DNA of 64,000 nucleotides from an uncultured Gammaproteobacteria bacterium. Lineage in GTDB: Bacteria; Patescibacteriota; Microgenomatia; UBA10105; UBA927. The notes below the pieces were generated by a model. That model was not told the DNA's origin. It ran no database searches and saw only the letters and a program-made list of their open reading frames with translations. The stretch lies in contig CAYUKU010000004.1 of assembly GCA_964445435.1 (NCBI GenBank), positions 9,795 through 73,794 on the forward strand. Direction: 5' to 3'. The position numbers were made by a program, and so were the translations under genes. Below are positions 60,789 to 64,000 of this stretch, one piece after another. Each line of letters starts with the position of its first letter. The stretch's first letter is position 1.

Positions 60789-60968
60789 TACCAAAAACGG
60801 AGGTTTTTGGAAGAAACTTTTGTTTGATAAAACAGCATTGTAGGTTTATGTCGAAACGAATCTTAGGAAAACCTTCAACACACGCACCCTTGTCATAAGG
60901 GCGGTTTTTGCTGTCTTCACGCACGAGTTTCCCCAAAGATCCATTCATTCATTTTTTTCGGAGGCACT

Positions 60969-62480
60969 ATGTTAGACGTTCTTAAAACCCTTACCGGGTT
61001 AGTAAAAACCAAGAAAGCAAAGGTAGCACAAGCGCCCCAACCGGTCAAGCCGCAGGCACCCAAAAGAGAGCCGGAAAAGCCTGTGAAACAGGTGCCGGTC
61101 CAGCCGTCTGTGGACACGGAAGCGGCGGTACGGCTCGCGGAAGCAAAAGCCCGGGAAATCATCATCGAAGCGAAAGATCAAGCCCTGCGGATTCGCAGAG
61201 ACGCGGAGGATGAAGCACGTAGACGAGGAGAGGCGATAGACCGTCGTGAGGGGGCATTAAGCGAAAGAGACAAGAGGTTAAGCGATCTTGAGCAAGAAGT
61301 CGAGAAGCGGCTTCGGGATGTTGAAACCGCTAAGAAAGAGCAAATCGCCAAACTCGAGAAAGCGGCACACTTGACGCGCGAGGAAGCCAAAGAGGTCATC
61401 CTTGCTGCAGTCCGTGATCAGATTCGGGAGGATATCGCCAAAGAGCTTCGTGAAGCGGCGGAGAAAGCGAAAGAAGAAGCAGACGCAAAAGCCAAGGAGA
61501 TCCTGGTCGACGCCATGCGTCACGGAGCAACTGATTATGTCCCCGAATACACCGTTTCAGTAGTGAAAATTGCAGATGAAGACGTTAAAGGCCGAATCAT
61601 CGGTAAAGAGGGCCGCAACATTCGTACATTCGAGCAGGTGACCGGGGTTGACGTGGATCTGGATGAGGAAGGCGTCATCCGCCTGTCCTGCTTCGATCCG
61701 GTGCGTCGTGAGGTTGCCCGCATTGCCCTTGAGCGGCTCCTTCGTGATGGACGTGTGCAGCCAGGCCGTATAGAGGAGATCGTTGAGATCGTGCGCAAGG
61801 AGCTTGACCGCATCATGTTTGAAGAAGGCCAGAAACTCTGTCATGCGGTGGGAGTATATAACTTGCCCGCGCCCATTATCGCCCATTTGGGGAAATTCAA
61901 ATACCGCTTTTCGTATGGTCAGAATATGATCGCCCATACGCTGGAAGAAACCAAGATAGGTATCGCACTTGCCCAGGAAATTGGTGCAGACGTAAATACA
62001 GTCAGATTGGGCTGTCTTCTCCATGATATCGGGAAAGTCATCATGGATAAGGAAGGGAGCCATGTCACACTGGGCGTTGAACTTCTTCGCAAGTATGGTA
62101 TGCCCTCGAAGGTTACGGACTGTGTCGCGCAGCATCATGAAGATACGCCGTTTTCATCTATTGAGTCCATGCTGGTATATATCGCGGACGCGATTTCCGG
62201 AAGTCGTCCCGGAGCGCGGTACGAGAATCACGAGGACTATGTGAAGCGGCTCACCGATTTGGAGACGATAGCCAAGTCACATAAAGGTGTGACAGAAGCA
62301 TTCGCGTTCCAGGCAGGACGAGAGCTTCGGGTTGTCGTCGATCCGGGGAACGTTGATGACGCGACCGCGACTATTATGGCCAGCGAGATTAAGAAGGAAA
62401 TCGAGGAGAAGCTGACGTATCCGGGTCAGATAAAGATTTCCGTTATCCGCGAACTTCGGGCAGTCGAAGTTGCCAAATAA
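60969..62480 (+). CDS. rny: ribonuclease Y
   Basis: N-terminal anchor, a coiled coil, KH domain 'GRIIGKEGRNIR' and HD domain 'CLLHDIGKV'. Confidence 0.92.
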   Translation: MLDVLKTLTGLVKTKKAKVAQAPQPVKPQAPKREPEKPVKQVPVQPSVDTEAAVRLAEAKAREIIIEAKDQALRIRRDAEDEARRRGEAIDRREGALSERDKRLSDLEQEVEKRLRDVETAKKEQIAKLEKAAHLTREEAKEVILAAVRDQIREDIAKELREAAEKAKEEADAKAKEILVDAMRHGATDYVPEYTVSVVKIADEDVKGRIIGKEGRNIRTFEQVTGVDVDLDEEGVIRLSCFDPVRREVARIALERLLRDGRVQPGRIEEIVEIVRKELDRIMFEEGQKLCHAVGVYNLPAPIIAHLGKFKYRFSYGQNMIAHTLEETKIGIALAQEIGADVNTVRLGCLLHDIGKVIMDKEGSHVTLGVELLRKYGMPSKVTDCVAQHHEDTPFSSIESMLVYIADAISGSRPGARYENHEDYVKRLTDLETIAKSHKGVTEAFAFQAGRELRVVVDPGNVDDATATIMASEIKKEIEEKLTYPGQIKISVIRELRAVEVAK

Positions 62481-62492
62481 TCAGTCGTGACG

Positions 62493-62522
62493 ATCTAAAC
62501 AAATAGTTTATTTGATTTAGAT
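62493..62522 (+). terminator. AT-rich hairpin (putative terminator) after rny
   Basis: atctaaacaaata-gtt-tatttg(a)tttagat, with 13 bp paired and one bulge. Confidence 0.45.
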
Positions 62523-62551
62523 TGTTATAGAGCGATGCGCAAAATGATATC

Positions 62552-62580
62552 TTGACATGACGCGCCGCATCTTCTACATT
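62552..62580 (+). promoter_or_regulatory. sigma70-like promoter for hup (TTGACA-N17-TACATT)
   Basis: ttgaca at 62552-57, a 17-nt spacer and tacatt at 62575-80, ~80 nt upstream of the hup ATG. Confidence 0.55.
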
Positions 62581-62659
62581 GCCTCGTAGATCCCGTCAGA
62601 ACGGGAAATCCAAAAAGAAAGCTTGTCTTAATCTTCTGCCCGAAGGAGGTGACGTTTAC

Positions 62660-62932
62660 ATGACCAAGGCAGATCTCGTTGAGGTAGTTGCCAAGAAGGC
62701 AAATCTAACCGCCAAAGCAGCTCGCGAATCAGTCGCAGCAGTATTTGGATCAATCACAGACGCACTTAAAAAGGGTGACAAGGTAGTAGTGACCGGGTTT
62801 GGGACATTCATGGTCCGATCCCGCAAATCACGAACCGGCCGAAATCCGCAGACAGGTGCTCCGATCAGCATCCCGGCCCGAAAGACGCCAGGATTCACCG
62901 CTGGCAAAGCCCTGAAAAAAGTTGTTCGGTAA
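62660..62932 (+). CDS. hup: DNA-binding protein HU
   Basis: 'MTKADLVEVVAKK...GFGTF...RNPQTG' HU/IHF family. ATG 62660 has the SD aaggagg; the ORF track starts earlier. Confidence 0.92.
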   Translation: MTKADLVEVVAKKANLTAKAARESVAAVFGSITDALKKGDKVVVTGFGTFMVRSRKSRTGRNPQTGAPISIPARKTPGFTAGKALKKVVR

Positions 62933-63004
62933 GCGCCAACAACATTTCCAAGGAGACTCCCTCAATCTTGAAGGAGTCTCTTCTGGTATACTTAAAGGCG
63001 TTTT

Positions 63005-63985
63005 ATGGTCATATCCGTATCCCATCTCACCAAAAAATATCAGATCACCAAAAAGCAGCCCGGGCTCGTCGGAAGCATACGATCGCTTCTTTTCCGACAG
63101 TTTGAATCGATTTTCGCGGTGAACGACATTTCCTTTGATATCGAGGAGGGAGAATTGGTCGGATTTATCGGGCCCAACGGAGCCGGGAAAACAACGACGC
63201 TCAAGTGCTTGTCCGGTCTTTTGTACCCCTCCTCGGGGAAGGTGGAGGTCATGGGATTTATCCCTCAGAATCGGGACAAGAAACTTCTGACGCAGATTGC
63301 TCTGGTCATGGGGCAGAAAAACCAGCTCTGGTGGGACCTGCCTCCCATGGAGACGTTCCTTCTCAATAAGGAAATTTACGAGATCCCCGACGACGTATTT
63401 AAGCGTACGCTTCATGAACTCGTTGATCTTCTTGACGTGTCTTCGCTTCTGGAAGTGCAGGTGCGCAAACTGTCTCTGGGCGAACGCATGAAGATGGAGC
63501 TCATCGCAGCACTCATTCATGCGCCCAAGGTGCTTTTTCTTGACGAGCCGACGATCGGTCTTGATGTGGTGATGCAGAAGAATATGCGCGATTTTATAAA
63601 AGAATATAACGAACGCCATAACTCCACGATCCTTCTTACGTCGCATTACATGGAAGACGTGCGTCAACTGGCCAAGCGCGTCATTGTGATCGATCACGGG
63701 AAGATTCTGTATGACGGGAAGCTCGATAATCTTATCCGTAAGTTTGCCAAATATAAACTTCTTTCAGTCGTTCTGGAAGAATATATGACTCCGGATAAGC
63801 TGAACCAAATCGGTGAACTGGTCAGTTATACATTCCCCAAGGCGGTTATCCGCGTGCCTCGGAATGCCTCAAACGTGGCAGCAGCAGAGTTGCTTTCGAA
63901 GTATCCGGTTGATGACCTAAACATAGAAGAGCCGGATATCGAGGATATCATCCGCGATGTTTTCGGCTCCGCGAAGCAGAAATGA
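63005..63985 (+). CDS. ABC transporter ATP-binding protein
   Basis: Walker A 'GPNGAGKTTT', signature 'LSLGERMKM' and Walker B 'LFLDEPTIGLD'. The extended -10 tggtatact (62984-62992) sits only ~12 nt upstream, which implies a very short leader. Confidence 0.88.
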   Translation: MVISVSHLTKKYQITKKQPGLVGSIRSLLFRQFESIFAVNDISFDIEEGELVGFIGPNGAGKTTTLKCLSGLLYPSSGKVEVMGFIPQNRDKKLLTQIALVMGQKNQLWWDLPPMETFLLNKEIYEIPDDVFKRTLHELVDLLDVSSLLEVQVRKLSLGERMKMELIAALIHAPKVLFLDEPTIGLDVVMQKNMRDFIKEYNERHNSTILLTSHYMEDVRQLAKRVIVIDHGKILYDGKLDNLIRKFAKYKLLSVVLEEYMTPDKLNQIGELVSYTFPKAVIRVPRNASNVAAAELLSKYPVDDLNIEEPDIEDIIRDVFGSAKQK

Positions 63986-64000
63986 AAGCATATCTTCAAA

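Noticed and set aside
60789-60968. The 180-nt recX-rny spacer, checked as a possible small RNA or riboswitch.
   Set aside because: It holds only weak hairpins (ccctt/aaggg followed by ttttt at ~60885-60910; tgttt/aaaca at ~60812-60826) and no conserved riboswitch signature that I can recognise. It is most likely the rny promoter and leader.
62984-62992. A second copy of the 'tggtatact' nonamer, considered as a repeat or mobile-element end.
   Set aside because: It occurs only twice, at 41722 and 62984, both times just upstream of a gene. It fits an extended -10 promoter element far better than a repeat family.
1-64000. Stop-codon reassignment (UGA to Gly, as in some CPR lineages).
   Set aside because: Many well-conserved genes here terminate at TGA exactly where homologues end (ftsK, for example), and no conserved protein needs TGA read-through. 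This is standard code 11. The single in-frame TAA in the VOC gene is therefore treated as a lesion, not recoding.
1-64000. CRISPR arrays, transposases, integrases or prophage remnants.
   Set aside because: I found no regularly spaced direct repeats and no recombinase, transposase or phage structural motifs in any frame. The only low-complexity repeats are coding: the acidic E/D linker at 8043-8400 and the poly-Gly tail at 13255-13303.

Overview
This 64-kb window is almost entirely a bacterial core-genome neighbourhood, and I infer a CPR/Patescibacteria-like organism. Standard stops (TGA is used as a stop) indicate genetic code 11. Overall GC is roughly 50%.

Gene content by block:
- 1..7.2 kb: an RNase J-like 3' fragment, ftsK, a RodZ-like HTH protein, a DUF948/YtxH pair, an amidinotransferase-superfamily enzyme, a DUF2270-like membrane protein and a short alaS (609 aa).
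- 7.3..13.5 kb: a cell-envelope cluster. It holds an FtsA/PilM-like actin-fold ATPase fused through an acidic linker and TM helix to a large extracytoplasmic domain, a sortase, mltG, a DUF2207 protein and two small zinc-ribbon proteins.
- 13.5..18.7 kb: a mixed-strand islet of poorly characterised genes. These are an RlpA-like DPBB membrane protein, a DUF45/YgjP metallopeptidase, DUF2130, a FemAB/CelD-like GNAT, a Cas4-like PD-(D/E)XK nuclease and a DUF1761 protein.
- 18.8..26.9 kb: rpoB, rpoC, rpsL, rpsG.
- 26.9..37.9 kb: an ~11-kb block that splits the classical str operon. It carries an extracytoplasmic thiol-redox module (DipZ-like CcdA-thioredoxin fusion, secreted thioredoxin, sGDH-family dehydrogenase, CvpA-CAP fusion), DNA-repair genes (AlkA-like glycosylase, DnaQ-exonuclease plus GIY-YIG Cho-like fusion), a flavodoxin, peptidase E and an EamA transporter gene broken by two frameshifts.
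- 37.9..57.8 kb: fusA, tuf, then the S10-spc-alpha ribosomal superoperon. Notable in it: cmk sits between adk and map, rpmD (L30) is absent, and a 37-aa rpmJ is missing from the ORF track.
- 57.8..64 kb: an SPFH protein, a VOC-family gene interrupted by an in-frame TAA, tRNA-Pro(GGG), recA, recX, rny, hup and an ABC ATPase.

I found no transposase, integrase, CRISPR array or rRNA.

The main non-coding observations are:
- sigma70-like promoters (TTGACA/TATAAT and extended -10 TGnTAnAnT) upstream of rpoB, fusA, tuf, hup and the ABC gene;
- intrinsic terminators after map and rny;
- a promoter, 8-codon mini-ORF and terminator element between rpsJ and rplC;
- a short uORF ending in ATGA on the rpoA start codon;
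- a recurrent SD-less TAA-N(1-3)-CTATG junction between ribosomal-protein genes.
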